A stretch of DNA of 64,000 nucleotides from assembly GCA_054600435.1 (NCBI GenBank), contig BAAIJX010000025.1, positions 124,001-188,000 on the forward strand, written 5' to 3'. This document shows, piece by piece, positions 31,483 through 45,285 of the stretch; positions within the stretch are counted from its first letter, which is position 1; each line of letters opens with the position of its first letter. Both the position numbers and the translations under genes were made by a program. The notes beneath the pieces were generated by a model. The model was not told the DNA's origin. It worked only from the letters and a program-made list of their open reading frames with translations, and made no database searches. The stretch comes from Neophaeotheca triangularis (Eukaryota).

Positions 31483-32969
31483 TTAGTCGTGTTTGACTCC
31501 GTTCTGGAGGGCAGCTTTGCTACAGGCGAAGTTTCTGCTAGTATGCACCAGCCGTCCTTTGACCCACACCGCAGCAGTGTTCCGGTCATCGCCAGTATAT
31601 ACCCACTTTGCAATGCGATCGTCCCAGGACTCGGTGCCGAAGATTTCCACCAAGCCATCGTCGGGGTTGATCTCCGCATCACCGGTTGTATTGCCTAGGC
31701 TGACCATCTGTGCATCCCAGTCCATACCAGCCTCAAAGCCACCAATGCGGTCTTCAAGCCCCACGACCTTGGCACCCCCTCTAGTCGCCAGGTACAAAGC
31801 CTCCTCGGTAGACAGCTTCGCCCTGTCGCCATCAGCCATCGCAGCATGCCTACTCACAAAGATCGCTTCACGAGCTTCAGATAGCATGCTAGGGGTATAT
31901 CCACCGCTCACATCAGTACCCAACCCAACCGTGATACCAGCATCAAGCAATTCCCGGACCTTGGCAGTTCCAGACGTCAAAGCAGTATTGCTCGCCGGAC
32001 AATGGCTTATCTTCGCATCACGCTTCTGGATCAACTTCCGTTCCCCATCAGTAAGGTGCACGGCATGCGCCAAAATCATTCTCTCATTCAACAACCCCAC
32101 ATCATCATAAACATGCACATAGCTCTCGCTCTCAGGAAAGAGTTCTTTGACCAATTCAATCTCGGCCTTGTTCTCGCACACATGAGTCTGACACGGCAGA
32201 TCCAACTCCCTTTGCAATCCCGCCAGTCCCCGCATACTCTCCCCACTGCAAGCGGGCGCAAACCGCGGCGTCAGAATCGGCGTGATCAGTTGTCGCTTCG
32301 CATCAATACTTTGACAATACTCGACACACTCTCTAGTCGCCGCAATTGCCGACTCAGTGCTCTCATCCCGGTAGTCGTCCGGGCTCAAGCGGTCCATGCA
32401 GACCCTTCCGACGAACGCCCGCTGCCCCCGCTGCTGGCAAATGTCGGCTAGCAGGTTCGTGGCCGGCACGTGGTTAGTGGCGTAGTAGCAGGCGGTTGTT
32501 GTGCCGTGGGACAGGGTACGGGCGACCACGCGGTTGTAGACTTTGCGTGCTTGCGGGAGCGCCCTGAAGGAGCTTTCAAGTGGGAACGTGTAGGTGTTGA
32601 GCCAGTCTAGGAGGGTGCTTTTGCCAAAGACGCCGGCGTTGGGGTATTGCGGAGCGTGGATGTGCGTATCTGGGGGAAAGAGTTAGTGATTTTGGTTTGA
32701 GGATTCGGGAGGCTTCTTTGTTTGATGTTTCTTGGAACTCTGGGATTCTCACCGATGAAGCCAGGGAAGTAGAAACTGTTCTCGGGCAGACGAAGGGTTT
32801 TGGCGGCGGACCAGCCTTGAGGTGGAGAGGCGCTGGCTGATCGGTTGATGAAGGCTATTTTGCCATCTTCTGCCACGCCTATCGTGCCTTCTGGACAGAT
32901 CTCCAGCTCGGACAACGATTTACTGTGCACAAACGGCCCGGTGTAGATTGTCTTCTCGAGAGGAGGCAT
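31483..32969 (-). CDS. GUD1: Guanine deaminase
   Basis: Intron 32670-32752 joins FPGFI-DTHIHAPQY. Motifs TPRFA, QTHVCEN, LAHAVHL, HCPASN, GLGTDVSGG, GDDRN. Confidence 0.95.
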
Positions 32970-34414
32970 CGTTTGATGTGAATCAATGGCTCTAAAACAA
33001 AACAGAATCCAATTTGCTCAAACGATCAAGGATGATGTTTCTACCACTGTCGACTACTTATATCAATATCCAAACCTAGTCTCGGATAACGTTTGGCTTG
33101 TTCGCGATGGCCACGTGCGGGTCTACCTACACATGTACCTAGGTATGTTGGAGATGATGTCGAAAGCGTCTTCCCCACTGTCCTGATACAGGCGGAATTG
33201 CTGGCCGTCATTGGCTGGATTGTCGTAGACTTGGGAGGTCGCGGGCGGGGGCGGCCGATAGATTGCAGGTGCACAGGTGGCATTCCAACTTCTATCCATT
33301 ATTCTCAGACTGAACAATGATATGGACACTACTGTCCTCGAACACTTGAAGACAAACAGGGCGCAATCCTCGACGCCGCTAGAATCTCCGAAGCTTAGAA
33401 ATCATCAGTCGAGAAAGCAGACAGCCGAACACATTCGACCAGGGGAGGCTACTTGTCACGGTGCGCTGTGGGTTGTTTCGCCAACAGCTGAACGCTTTGA
33501 ATGGGGACGGTTGGGAATACGAACAGTGGAAGACCACAACAGACTACTCATCTACCTACAAATCATGTAAGCCTGTTTGTCATTGTGGCGGATCTAATGA
33601 TGGACTGGCTGGCGACATACTCACCCCCTTGTGGGCGTTCTGGCTCAGGCGCATCAGTATGCGGTTCCGAATGGCACGATGCTGTTAGAGTAGAGCATGA
33701 GGGTATAATTGGCATCTACGGCGGGGTATGTGGAGGGGCGGCGATCAAGGGGAGGAGCAAGCGTACTGAGCAAGTGTGAGAACTCGCGAGATGTCGTCTT
33801 CGTATCACATACGTTATGCGCCACAACTCATAGTCTCATAGTTTTATCAGGCAGACATTGTGAGTAGAGAGACAGCTCCGCGGCCCGCCTTGGATGCAAA
33901 ACAAAACCAAAGTGACTCACTCAGCCATTGCACTCAGTACGCCCATAACGTACGTACAATAATAATGATAACAATAACAGGCTGCGATGAATCAAAAGGT
34001 TACTTGACCCAAATAGTCAAACACCTTGCCTTACCGCACCCGCATATAGCCAGTCGGCGGCGCAAGCTTCTCGAGCCGCCTACAAGACGAAGAAGACGAG
34101 CAAGTAAGTACAGTTGGAGGAGTCAGTAACTAAGTTCCATTACATGAGATACTGTAGTACTCACATGCCACCTCACCTGTTGCGGGCAGAGAGCTCCATG
34201 CGTCTGCAAAAGCTTCCCTTCCCTTCCCGTCCCTCCTTCTGCCCCTCCATGCGCCGAGCTGAGCACCAGGCAGAAGCGTACGGTGGTGTACATACTTCAC
34301 CTTCACCTTTGCCTCTACTATCTTCTGAACCATTTTGATTGTGCCGCACCTACAACTTCCCTCGCCTCTGTAGACACTGTCACAACGATACGCCAAAACT
34401 CAACAACACCCGCT

Positions 34415-36479
34415 ATGGATTGCACCGCTGTTAGGGAGGGAAGCAGCCCTCCTTTCTTCTATGAGGCTAGGGCAGGCTTCGTCTCGGTGGACAACATAAC
34501 AACCTCTGCAGATGCTGCCCACGCTGCTTCCCAGTCCACGGGTGAGAATGATGACCTCGCCGGCTCCACTGACACTCTGTTGCCTGCTGCTCAAGAATTA
34601 GCCATGTTCTCGAATACTCGCCACGATCCCTCTTCCTATTCCGCCTGGCAAGATATTGTCACTGCGGTGAAGGAGTCGTCGGCACGCAAATCGCGTCGGA
34701 CACTCGCACCCAGTGACGAGGACGACAATCTCAACATCAGCATGCAAGACCCCAACAACCTTCTCTCACGTGAAGAGCGAGAAGCTCGTTATAGCCTCCG
34801 ACACCCCTCGATACGCAATACGCACCAAGTTCCGGAAATCGTTAACAGCGATAATTTCAAGGACCGTATGGCGGATAAGCTTCGCGAATATGAGGAAGGC
34901 GATGACTTCAAAGACCCAGCCGATAACACCGCATTGCCGGTGAATCCAGATCTCCCCGAGATTCCAAGGGCGACCTCCTACAACGACACCTGCTTTCTCA
35001 CCTACTTTGATTCCGGCGACGCAACTCTCTCCTATCGTGGCGGAGATTCTCTTCACGGCCTCAATCTCGATCTCATCCAGCGAAGCTGTCCTCTGTTGGC
35101 CTTTTCGTTCGAGGAGACCAGCACAAGCGGCATGCATTTCTATGCCGATATCCTCGACGACTCTACTTGCGTCCCGTTCGTTCGCTTTCTCTATCTAGGC
35201 AGCTACGCCTGGAGCAACGTCTACGATGACGTGCCCACTTCTCTCTTATTGCATTGTCGTATGTACCGACTCGGAGACGTCTTCGCCCTCCCTGATCTGA
35301 AAAGCCAAGCCTACGTCAACGTCATGAGACAATGCCACTACGCCTGCTCTTCCCCCGACAAGCCAATCGATCTCTGCAGCGCCATCGACTTTGTCTATGA
35401 GGAGCTTGGTGACCACAAGGGCCTTATGGAGGAGATTCTCTCCTTCTGCGTCTCGTGCTTTCTCAGTCACAAGCTGGGGGAAGATGAGGCTTTCAGAGAG
35501 CTCTCGTACCGTGTCAGGTCTTTCCATCAAGACTTGTGCGTGACTGTGAAGGCAAGGGACTTTGAGGATGACTGTAAGTCGGCCAAGACAATGACTACTT
35601 GTTGATGCACCAAGAGGTCAACTAACGCCTCGCATAGCCGCTTCCGCGATTATTCAGATGCCCTTTGAGCACTTCACGCCGCCCACATATCTTTCCCGCG
35701 AAGACATAAGTCCTGACCGTGTACATGACCACGTTCACTCCCACCAGAAGACTCTGGAAGCCGCCAGAAAGGGAAAGGCAAAGGCAAAGGCTACTCAACA
35801 AACCGAACGGCACGGGAAGTCAAGTGGGAAAGTGTTTTCTCGATACGGTATTGGAGCGCCCATGGTCAAAGCCGAAACCTTTTTCGGTATATCGCGTCCG
35901 AATGCCACCGACCCTCCATCCACGCCACCCAGGAACCTACGCGAGTTGAGCGAGGAAGAAAGTGCAGGATTGAACGGAGCAGTTTATGAGCTCGCCACAC
36001 AGCAGATGATCGGAACGCTGGAAGATGAAGACAATGTATGGTGGAATGGCGAGAACTACATCCCGATCCAACAGATGAAAGGAACCAACCTCGACGACTC
36101 GGTGCAGGGGACGCCAAAGGCCAAAGTAGGGGCCACTGTGCCTGAGGAAGAGGTTAAGTTGCCATCTCAGGGAGGCCGGGACTTTGCCTCGATAATGCAG
36201 TTCCGCAAAAAACCCGTCCCGCCTGCTTCGAGCGCTGGTACTTCTGCACTTTCAGCAGCTATGGCATCGGCCTCGGACTCCGAGTCTGAATTCGAGAAGG
36301 TAGAGATGCCACACACGGCTTGCAAGACGACCGGCCACGAAGGCAAAGCACCCGACCTCTTCAGCGACTCGGAGGACGACGACCTCGTGACAGTGTCTCT
36401 GGTCCGCCAAGCTCCCGCCAGCGACCGAGTTTCCGCCTCGGCTGATTCCAGCTCTGTCTCTGACTGGGATCTGGTCTGA
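34415..36479 (+). CDS. BTB/POZ-like domain protein
   Basis: Intron 35574-35637. Fungal BTB-like pattern SCPLLA...FVRFLYLGSY...LLHCRMYRLGDVFALPDLKSQA. Start uncertain. Confidence 0.65.
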
Positions 36480-37387
36480 GAATCTGTCAGGACGGCAGCA
36501 TTTTTAGCTTCACCCTGTCACAATACAATGGGTTCGAGACGACAAGCGGCGTTTATTGGGAATAACACGCGGCGTTCACAATCGAGCTTGGGCAAGACCG
36601 CGAGGAGTTGGGACGGTGTTTTTCCAGAAACGGCGGCTCATGGGAAATACCAACATTGGCAAGCATGTCCATAGCAAGGACAAGAAGGGAAAAGAGGGTA
36701 ATCACCCATGCGCCTGCCATGTATATCAACCCTCAGCAGTCTACAGTACGTGTAATACTACTACCTGTGTGCCTCCATCGTCATCCTACGGTAACGTACC
36801 TCTTTGCGTTCTATTGACCTGTCAAAGATGCATTCGCAGCGCAAAACTGTCTCTCGCCATTGCATTCGGGTCTTAACACTACGGAAACAAAGTGCTGCCG
36901 GGGACTTTTGCTGCTCATCTCGCCATCTGCTATTTGTTTCGTTTCTTCGAACGTCACGGGCCAGTAGACAGTAGACGGTCATGTCGAGCCAGCCTAAAAG
37001 CATCGAAGTTGACGTCGGCTCTCGACTCATAAGGTACCCGATCCAATCTGGAATATCTTCCAGGGTGTTGGAGAGGCGGTGTACGGCTTTGCAATCCCGC
37101 AGCCGCGATACAATAGTACTCGTTTACCGTTGCCAACGGACATGGCGCATCGAAACCCAAGCAAAGGGGCACGTGGCGTTGGATACTTGGTGGTGACCGA
37201 GTGGTGGTAGGACTTGACTGGGGTGTGATGTTGTCTAGAACTTTGTGGAGTCATGGTTTGTACTTCCCCGCGAGACGGGCCGGGCATCTGAAACGGCGAG
37301 GCTGAATGGAGACTTAAGGTTGGTTTTCTTCATGGCTGAGAACTTGTAACGTTACTGACATGCCCGGTGCCTTGGCCTCTGTTACAC

Positions 37388-37422
37388 CTGTCGTGTCGTG
37401 TCGTGTCGTGTCGTGTCGTGTC
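37388..37422. repeat. (GTGTC)n pentanucleotide microsatellite
   Basis: About six consecutive tgtcg units. Confidence 0.9.
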
Positions 37423-38487
37423 CAGGCTTCCCGGGGGAAGATTGGCATGTGCCGCGTACCACATTTGCATGCGTCGTAGAGACGCATCATTCATTCCATT
37501 GGGTCGCACACCACCCACGTTTCCTTTTATCGACGCTGCCCAATCCTTATCAACGATTCCACCCATTCGGATATCCCAGGCGGAAACCCAAGATCCCGGC
37601 ACCACCTCAGCTTTCTCAACAAGGTAGTACCTTAGTAGGTAAGTATATCGACAAGGCCCTAAGGAAGGTCAAAAAGGCCGAGCGAGGTTTGCGCTAGGTT
37701 CACCAAACCCGACCGAGGGCAGCGCTATCTGGAGCCCCCTCCCCCTTAGAGTCCGGAGTCTGGAGCCAGAGAGCCGCGAGCCACGGCAGAATCCTTTGCT
37801 TCTACTCCCGTCGTCTGCTTGTCGTCGCATTATTATTATTATTGTGAGACATTGCAACTTGCAAGGCGGCTCTCTCGTCGGCGAGTCTTGGTAAGCTTGG
37901 TAAGTCTCGTCTGTGGTCGTTGCTGATGATGGAACACGTCACTTACCAAGCAAAGGGGTCGTCTCTCGTTGCTGATAATAAGCCGCTTTGCCCTTCCCAG
38001 TCCCCCTATGCTGTCGACTTGAAAGGCAAATACTAAATACCCACAAACGAAGCATTCTCCCACACAACTGCCACTATTATAGTTATACCCTCCTGGTCCT
38101 CGTCTGTACTTGACTCGGCTGCTCTGAGTCGACTGTGCAGCACATCCGCGAACCTACTTCTGCTGATCTCTCGAGCCTACTGGGGCCCGATTCCGGCTCA
38201 TCTCCGACTCGACATCCAGCATCACCTGGTCACAAAAAGGACTTCCTCGGCCAAACTCTGTCAGCTTTTCATGTAAAAGATACATACGAAACACACAACG
38301 CCCCCCCGCAATCCAAGTGTGAAGATTATTATATAGGGGTATATCATCAAGACGTTGCCCTAGCGTATCGTATCTCGAACCCCCAAGTCAAAGTCTCCAA
38401 CCACCGATACTGAAGAGAACGACTGCTCGATCCATTTCAATCCAGACTTCAGGTCGACATACCAACAACCTCGTCAACAAGTTCAAC

Positions 38488-39048
38488 ATGTGTGTCGCAG
38501 ACTTGAACGTCTCAACACAGCCCTGCGGTCACCGCTGGCTCCGTCTAGTCCGCCCATGCCACCCCAAGAGCAATCTCGCCAACTGCAAACAAAAGCTTAA
38601 ACTCGAAGGCTGGGAGCAACGCAAAGCCACCTGCCCTTGGTGTAATCATTCCGTCGGCGACTCCGAACTTCACCAATCCACACACCGCATCTTGGGCGGC
38701 CGAACGGCTTCAGCCAGCAACGTCTCCACTCCTTCATCTGTCTTCCCGGAAGCAAGCCGACGCCGAAGCCGCAGCAGCAGTCAGGGAACTCTCAGCTCAC
38801 TCTCGGAAACAACGAGTAATGCTAGCGATGGCAACGATCGCCGCCGCGAGCATCGAGACAGGAACGACCGTTTGATGCTATATCTCTCCAGAGATCCTCA
38901 TGAGGTGCTGCCGAGTGCGCTCAAGAACTACCCTTCCTCGCCAACGGAGGAGGTGACGGAGAGCAGTGGAGGGTTGCCGGGAACTAAGGCTGTCTCCAGG
39001 GGGTGGCGGAAAGGCGTGAAGCTTGGTCGGGGGATTTTCAAGGCTTGA
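38488..39048 (+). CDS. Small hypothetical protein with an N-terminal Cys/His (putative Zn-binding) motif
   Basis: MC...CGHRW...C...C...CPWC followed by a Ser/Arg-rich tail; good start context (CAACATG). Confidence 0.7.
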   Translation: MCVADLNVSTQPCGHRWLRLVRPCHPKSNLANCKQKLKLEGWEQRKATCPWCNHSVGDSELHQSTHRILGGRTASASNVSTPSSVFPEASRRRSRSSSQGTLSSLSETTSNASDGNDRRREHRDRNDRLMLYLSRDPHEVLPSALKNYPSSPTEEVTESSGGLPGTKAVSRGWRKGVKLGRGIFKA

Positions 39049-39758
39049 TGGGATGGGAATTGTCGTCGATGTCGTTGTCGTTTGAGTTGATTGACGACGG
39101 ACGTTTCGGTTGGCTGTCGAAAGCTTGGTGTTTATTGGTGTTTGGACGGAGAATATATACCCCAGCATCATTTGATGCGTCGTCGGCGAGCTTTGTTATG
39201 GACCGCTTTTTATGGGCTCCTTCTTTGAGGTAGAGGCCATGTCTACAGAGGCAGACCAAATAGGTAGACTAGTAATTATATTTATTAGGGGCGGTCATGA
39301 GATGGGTATCAACGACCACCACTTTTCCTCGGCGAAAAGCAGCGTTTTCTTTTCGTGCTCCGAATTTCAAAAGAGTGCAAGGCTTCAGACGAGGGTACAC
39401 ACTCGCATGGCTCGCGAGTTGTTAAAAGTTAAGAGCCTCAATAATTACCACGGAAACTCCTTCCCTCTCCCTTTATTGGTGGAGATTTGCTTGTCTTTCT
39501 CCACAAGCACCTCCAAGCTTTCTCCGCATATTCATCTCGAATCCTCCTCTTTGCTTTTGAATTTGCATCGATTGACCCCCTCTCGTTTTGACTTACAGTG
39601 GGTATGCTGCCCTAGTAGACCGAGAGGCAGGCGAAAGTGTAAGGTAGATTCTCCGGAGTCTGAGGGGAAATGCAGCGTCTCCAGAAATCGAGTACTTCAT
39701 AAGGGAGACGACTTGTCCACTTCTCTCCATCCTCTACCTGCAAGGCAAGTTCATCAGC

Positions 39759-41011
39759 ATGTGGTCCATCAAAGCATCCCTTTTGGGGCTTCTTGCTCTC
39801 TCCTCCTCATCACTCGCGCTGAAAAACCGCGGTGCATGCCAACATCCCACCAAAGACCCTCTGCAGGGCTGTCCCAAGGGTACCCTCCTCGTTGGACCCA
39901 ATGAGAAGTTCTGCTCGATCCAGGATGCCGTGCTTTCTCTTCCAAACAACACGGATCCCTACACAATCCTCATCCTGCCAGGCGAATATAGAGAACAAGT
40001 CAATGTGACTCGTCCCGGACCTCTGACTCTCCTAGGCCAGACTCGCCATCCAAACGACCGCGACCAAAACACTGTCAACGTCGTTTGGTCCAACGCCACC
40101 GGGACGGACACCACAGGCGACTACGATAATGCCTACACTTCGACTTTGACCATCGCGCCTACATTCGACGCTTCCAAAACAGGTTCTGGGCCAACGGGCG
40201 ATGAAGTCCCTTCAGGAACCCCATTTGGCAACACTGACTTCCGCGCGTATAATCTCAACTTCATCAACGACTACCGTCCTTACGCCGCTGGTCCGGCTCT
40301 GGCCCTCAGCACAAGCTATGCCAATACTGGCTTCTACTACTCTCGCTTCCTCAGCTATCAAGATACCGTCTACGTCGGCAAGCTGGGCAACTCCTACATG
40401 TACGAGTGCGAGATTGGCGGCGAGGTAGACTTCTTCTACGGCTTTGGTACGCTCTGGGTGACCAACAGTCTGGTTTCACTCCGCGGCTGCGGTGGAGGTG
40501 TAAGTGATTTCCCAAAACTTGAAGCCACTATATACATAATTGCTCACACTCTCGATTCGCCCAGATCACCGCATGGAAAGGAACCAACACGACCTTCCCT
40601 AACAAATACGGCGTCTACCTAAACCACAATCTGGTCCAAGCAGCCAACTCTTCGCTCGAAATCGAAGGCGACTGCCCCCTGGGCCGGCCCTGGAACGCGC
40701 AACACCGCTCCATCTTCGCCTTCAACTACCTTGACGACTCCATCGCTCCCGGCGGTTACATCGAGTGGAGCACGGACGAGCCTAGAGTCAATTTCAACAC
40801 CACCATGGCTGAGTATCGCGATTTTGGCCCGGGCTTTGATCGTGAGGCTAGGGAGGCTAATGCGAATGTTACAATTCTGTTGTCGCGGGAAGAGTTTGAG
40901 CCTTTCGACAGGCCCGAGAAGGTTTTTCAAATGCCGTTTAGTGGTGAGTTTGGGAATGTTGGATGGATTGATTGGCGCCCTTGGGCTAGGGGTGGGAGGA
41001 GGCACCATTGA
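39759..41011 (+). CDS. Secreted pectin methylesterase (carbohydrate esterase family 8)
   Basis: Signal peptide, SIQDAV, PGEYREQV, YQDTVY, GEVDFFYG and LGRPW motifs. Intron 40500-40564 joins GCGGG-ITAWKG. Confidence 0.9.
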
Positions 41012-41859
41012 GTTTTCTGGCATTGGTACAGACAAGTGAGAATGGAGGAGGCGTAAGAAGCGTGCGATTAGCGGTTTATTTCAGTTGATCGAGTCGTGGT
41101 CGCTACTTACCACGTTGGCTTTGCGTACAGACGGCTGTTTCTGGCTCGACGTCCCTGCATGTAGGGGACAGGATAAGGATAGAGGCTCGACAAAGACAGC
41201 TGGAATCGTAATGTCTTCCCGCAATCATCGAGGCAATAGCTTTTGCTTTTTGATTGGTTGCTAGCCACCGTCATGCTCGACAAAAGTGCTCAACCAAGTG
41301 TTTTACATGTTCCATGCGCCACAGGGATCTGGAGAGCGAGTGCTGGCCCCCGCAACCCATGACACCGTATCATATTGAAGACTCGTCTGCTACACGATGA
41401 CTGATTATGCTTTGTCGTGGATCAGACTGCCTTGATAGCTTTAGATGTATTCCAGAGTGGCACCGTATGCCTCACAGAAGATTCACTGTGTTTGATCGCG
41501 GGTGTTGAGATGACTAGACAAAGACGGTGGCTTTGATTCACGTACACCATAGGTTCTCAGACCTCACGCTCACGCTCACAGGCTTGTTGATTGCCCGACT
41601 CCTTCCTATAGTCATGGCATCTCCTTCACGCTTACGCCGCTCGTGGACTCCCAGACTTTAGGAGCGTCATCTTCCTAGTGCTCGGCTCTACGCTCTGTGC
41701 TCCACTTCAATACCGCGCCACCCTACGCTCACGCTTAGGGGCTTACGCTCACGGCTAGTTGTTCGCGATCCTATTGTTTCCTAGGCAACTCTATCAACTG
41801 TTCTTCTTCCGTGTGATAAGAAAGCTTCAGATGCCTGGTCTGGGCTAATCGAGTCATGT

Positions 41860-42553
41860 TTCGCTTTCGCGCTCACGCTCCTGCTTATGCTCCCGCTCCT
41901 ACTCCCGCTCACGCTCTTCGTGCTCGCAAGGCTTCGTGCTTATACTCATACTCCTACTCTTGCTCCTACTCTTGCTCCTACTCCTACTCGTACTCGTGCT
42001 CTATGCTTATACTCGTACTCATGCTCGGCTCATGCTTATGCTTCTACTCATGCTGCTACTCATGCTGCTACTCATGATTATACTTACACTCCTGCTCCTA
42101 CTCCCGGATTCGTACTCCTAGCTTCGTACTCCTAGCCTCGTACTCCAAGATTTGTACTTACCCCCTTAGACTCGTACTTATACTCAGGGTTTCCTATTTG
42201 CGCTCTCCTAGGCTTCCTTCTTACGCTCTAGGCTCCCTACTTACGCTCTAGGCTTCATACTCCCGCTTACGCTCTAAATCACGTTCCTATTACTTACGCT
42301 CCGGGCTTCTTCTAGGCTTCCTACTTACGTCCCAGGCTTTATACTCCTACTTATACTTCTGATTATTATACTCGTACTCTCGGCTTCCCGCTTAAGTAGG
42401 GGTATAAGTAGGAGCGTAAGTAGGAGTAAGCATAAGTAGAAGTATACCTTAGTACGAAGCCTAGAGCGTAAGTAGGAGTAGGAGTAGGAGTAGGAGTAGG
42501 AGTAGGAGCGTAAGCGGGAGTATAAGCGTGAGCGTGAGCGTGAGCGTGAGCGT
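41860..42553. repeat. Degenerate hexamer satellite with inverted (fold-back) symmetry
   Basis: Left part is built of TACTCC/TGCTCA/CGCTCA-type units. From about 42395 the units are reverse-complemented: (GGAGTA)n and (GAGCGT)n. Confidence 0.9.
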
Positions 42554-42757
42554 GGAGCAGTGTCAGTGCGCTCTGGACTGCCCTAGCAGCAGGGTCTTTA
42601 GTGTTGCCGCTTCGGGCAGCGTGAGTCGGGCGATTTGCGGCGAGAAGACAGTATTAATTAGAACCCTCTCTTAGAAAGAAAAACTAAGCCATACCGTGAT
42701 GTAGTCACTGCAACTCATTAAAGCATCACCAGCATCACCTCACACAGAAGCACCAAA

Positions 42758-44874
42758 CTACCACGCCTCCCACTTTTGCCCACCCATAGCCACCAATCGA
42801 TTGAACAACTCATCCCTCAGCACCATAGCAGTCAAAACCCAGCTATTGCCCTGCTTGTCCACAATCTCAATACCATCGGCAACCTCCTTGTCCAGCGCCC
42901 AGCCAACCACAAGCTTCGCTTTCCACCCCAAACCCCCTACCTTCTTCAACTCCTTGACGTCGGCGACAGCGACTGACCAGATGGGATGCAGCTGCTCGTC
43001 CCCCTTGTCCTGCGAGCCCTCCTTGCCAATCTCCTTGTCGAGACTGAAGCTCACGCAAGGGATAGTCGCGCGTGTGCTGATGTATGCGTGCCCTTTCTTG
43101 CCATGGTATCTACACCTAAAGTCCACGGGGCCGGTGAGCTCCTGGGTGGGATTCTTGGGGATGACACCCAAGCGGTGTTTGGCGTGCTCGCTGCCGGCGG
43201 TGGCCTTGAGCTTGTCTGCGCCGAGAGCGCCCTCGATGGTGTGCTTGACGCCGCCTTTGAGGAACCCGAGGACTCGGCTGCCTTTCTTGCCGTGTCCTTT
43301 ATTCTTGGAAGCGCTGACGTCGCCACCTGCGGTTTCGTGGGCGGTCTTGGGGTCGTGTTCCATGGCCTCTTTGAGCTCGGCGTCGCTTGCGTTCAGAGGG
43401 TAGTCTGAGCCGGCAGCGCGTAGATTCTTGTCGCTCACGTCGACAGGTTCTTCGGGAGGTGGTTTGGTTGCGCTGGGAGGTGGCGGCAGCGGCGCTTTGT
43501 TGGCTTCTCCAATTCGCAGCAAGGTGATTGTGAGCTGTGCATTGGTTGGAACGCCCTTGAGAACAGTGTTGCGCAGCTCCAAGAGCTTCTGCCAGTTGGG
43601 GTAGTTTGTGTTGAGCCATTGAAGACCGGGCTGGATAACTGGATCGCCAAAAAAGCCAAACCCAATGCCAAAGGTAACACCTTTGGTGAACATGTAGCTG
43701 GTCACGAAGAGCGAGATGGCGAACAGTGGCACGACGAGCGTAGCAATGCGAAGACGATGCAGCTCACCTGGGAAGGGCGGTGTTGGCGAAAGCGCATTGG
43801 CAAATCGCTCCCAGGTGTCCGCTATGTCCGCGACACCATGCATGATGGGACGCATTTGATTCCACATGGCAGTCTCCATTGGGACTTTAGCCTTGTCATG
43901 TTTCGCACCGGGCTGACCACCGCCTGCTGCAACGCGAGCGCTGCTAGCACTCACAGCCATGGCAGTAGGGTCTGGGACGCTGTCATTGGGGGCGCCACGC
44001 TCGCTGTCGTTTTCAGGAGGTTCGTCTTGAGGATGTTTTCCGGATGCAGAGCTAAGTGCGACATTCGCAATGCCGTTAACAAAGTTGCTTGCTTCAGCTT
44101 CGACGGCTTCTCCTTTGTGGTTCTCAGGAGCGCCGGTCGCAGAGTCGTCGCTACCCAAGACTCCAGCTTTTGGCTTCTGTACGCCGCCAGTTTTACCGGA
44201 CACCAAAGCCAGCGGAGCAGGAGGGAACATGACGTCGCGAGATGGTGGGTATGCGATTAGCACGGTGATTGTGAGCGTAATCAAGGGAATGATCAAGTCG
44301 AAGATCCAGGCGAGGCCGTAAGCCGTAGCGAAACAGGCCGTTCGTCTAGTCTCCCTCCATGATCGCAAGCGAACAATCTGTTTGCCAAAGCCCATCAACC
44401 CGATGATAACGGTCATGTATAGACGTTCGATATTCGCGCGCAACTTGTCCGGCGAGAACTCCTCCTCATCAGCGATGTTGAGGTCGAGGTTACCGGGCAC
44501 TCGGTATGGGTACTCTTTGACATGGTACATTTGCTGTTGAAAGTCAGACACGCCCATGATGCTGTGGCACCTTGTATATTTGGACTGACCTTGTTGAAAC
44601 GCCGTGTCAGGACCCATAGCTCTTCATTCTGTATGCCACCTACAAGGGGCGCAGGGATGGCCTCCTTTGGCTCGTTCCAACCCAAGTCCTTCACCTCGCC
44701 CCCATGACTTTGTTGGGCGATGCCCTTGTGCTCGTGGTCCTCCATGGCGAGTGCATGGCTGGCCGTGGGCTCTTCGGTCAAGCTGTGAGCCACGGGCTTG
44801 TCGTTTGGGGCGGTGACAGCGGTGGTGTCGTCGGGGACGGGGAGGAGGTCCTTGTATACGGCGCCTCCAGACAT
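42758..44874 (-). CDS. DUF3292 family membrane protein
   Basis: Intron 44534-44589. DLGWNE, LWVLTRRFNKQ, EFSPDKLRANIERLY, LKGVPTNAQLTITLLRIGE, LRDELFNRLVAMGGQKWEAW. Confidence 0.85.
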
Positions 44875-45285
44875 TTTGGCGAGAGACAGGCAGGGGGCGC
44901 TGCTTGTTAGTCTGGCGCGTGGTTGTCGAAGTGAACCGTGAATCCGCGGGCGTGGTGAAGCTAGAGCGAATCCTGGAAGGCGATCTTGAAAGCAGACCGG
45001 GTTTCAGCCTTGCAGCGGCAGCAGCGTTTCTCAGGGAAAATCAGGGCAGACTTTCCACTCTAAATCTTGCAGATGGTGGGGAACCTGAGGCGAGATGAGA
45101 TTCACATCATACACGCGACCCTCTACGTCAACTTGCAGCAAGCCAAATTTCACATGCCGGAGTAGGTCGCTACAAACAATAATAATTATCATTTCATAAT
45201 TTAAGAAAGAAAAAAAAAAGAAAGTACTTCACAGGTACACGAACAAGTAAATGTTGCCTATTAATTGATCTTTTATGATTGACAA

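Noticed and set aside
41856..42135. Overlapping ORFs with YS, TP or poly-Leu repeats
   Set aside because: Artefacts of the hexamer satellite.
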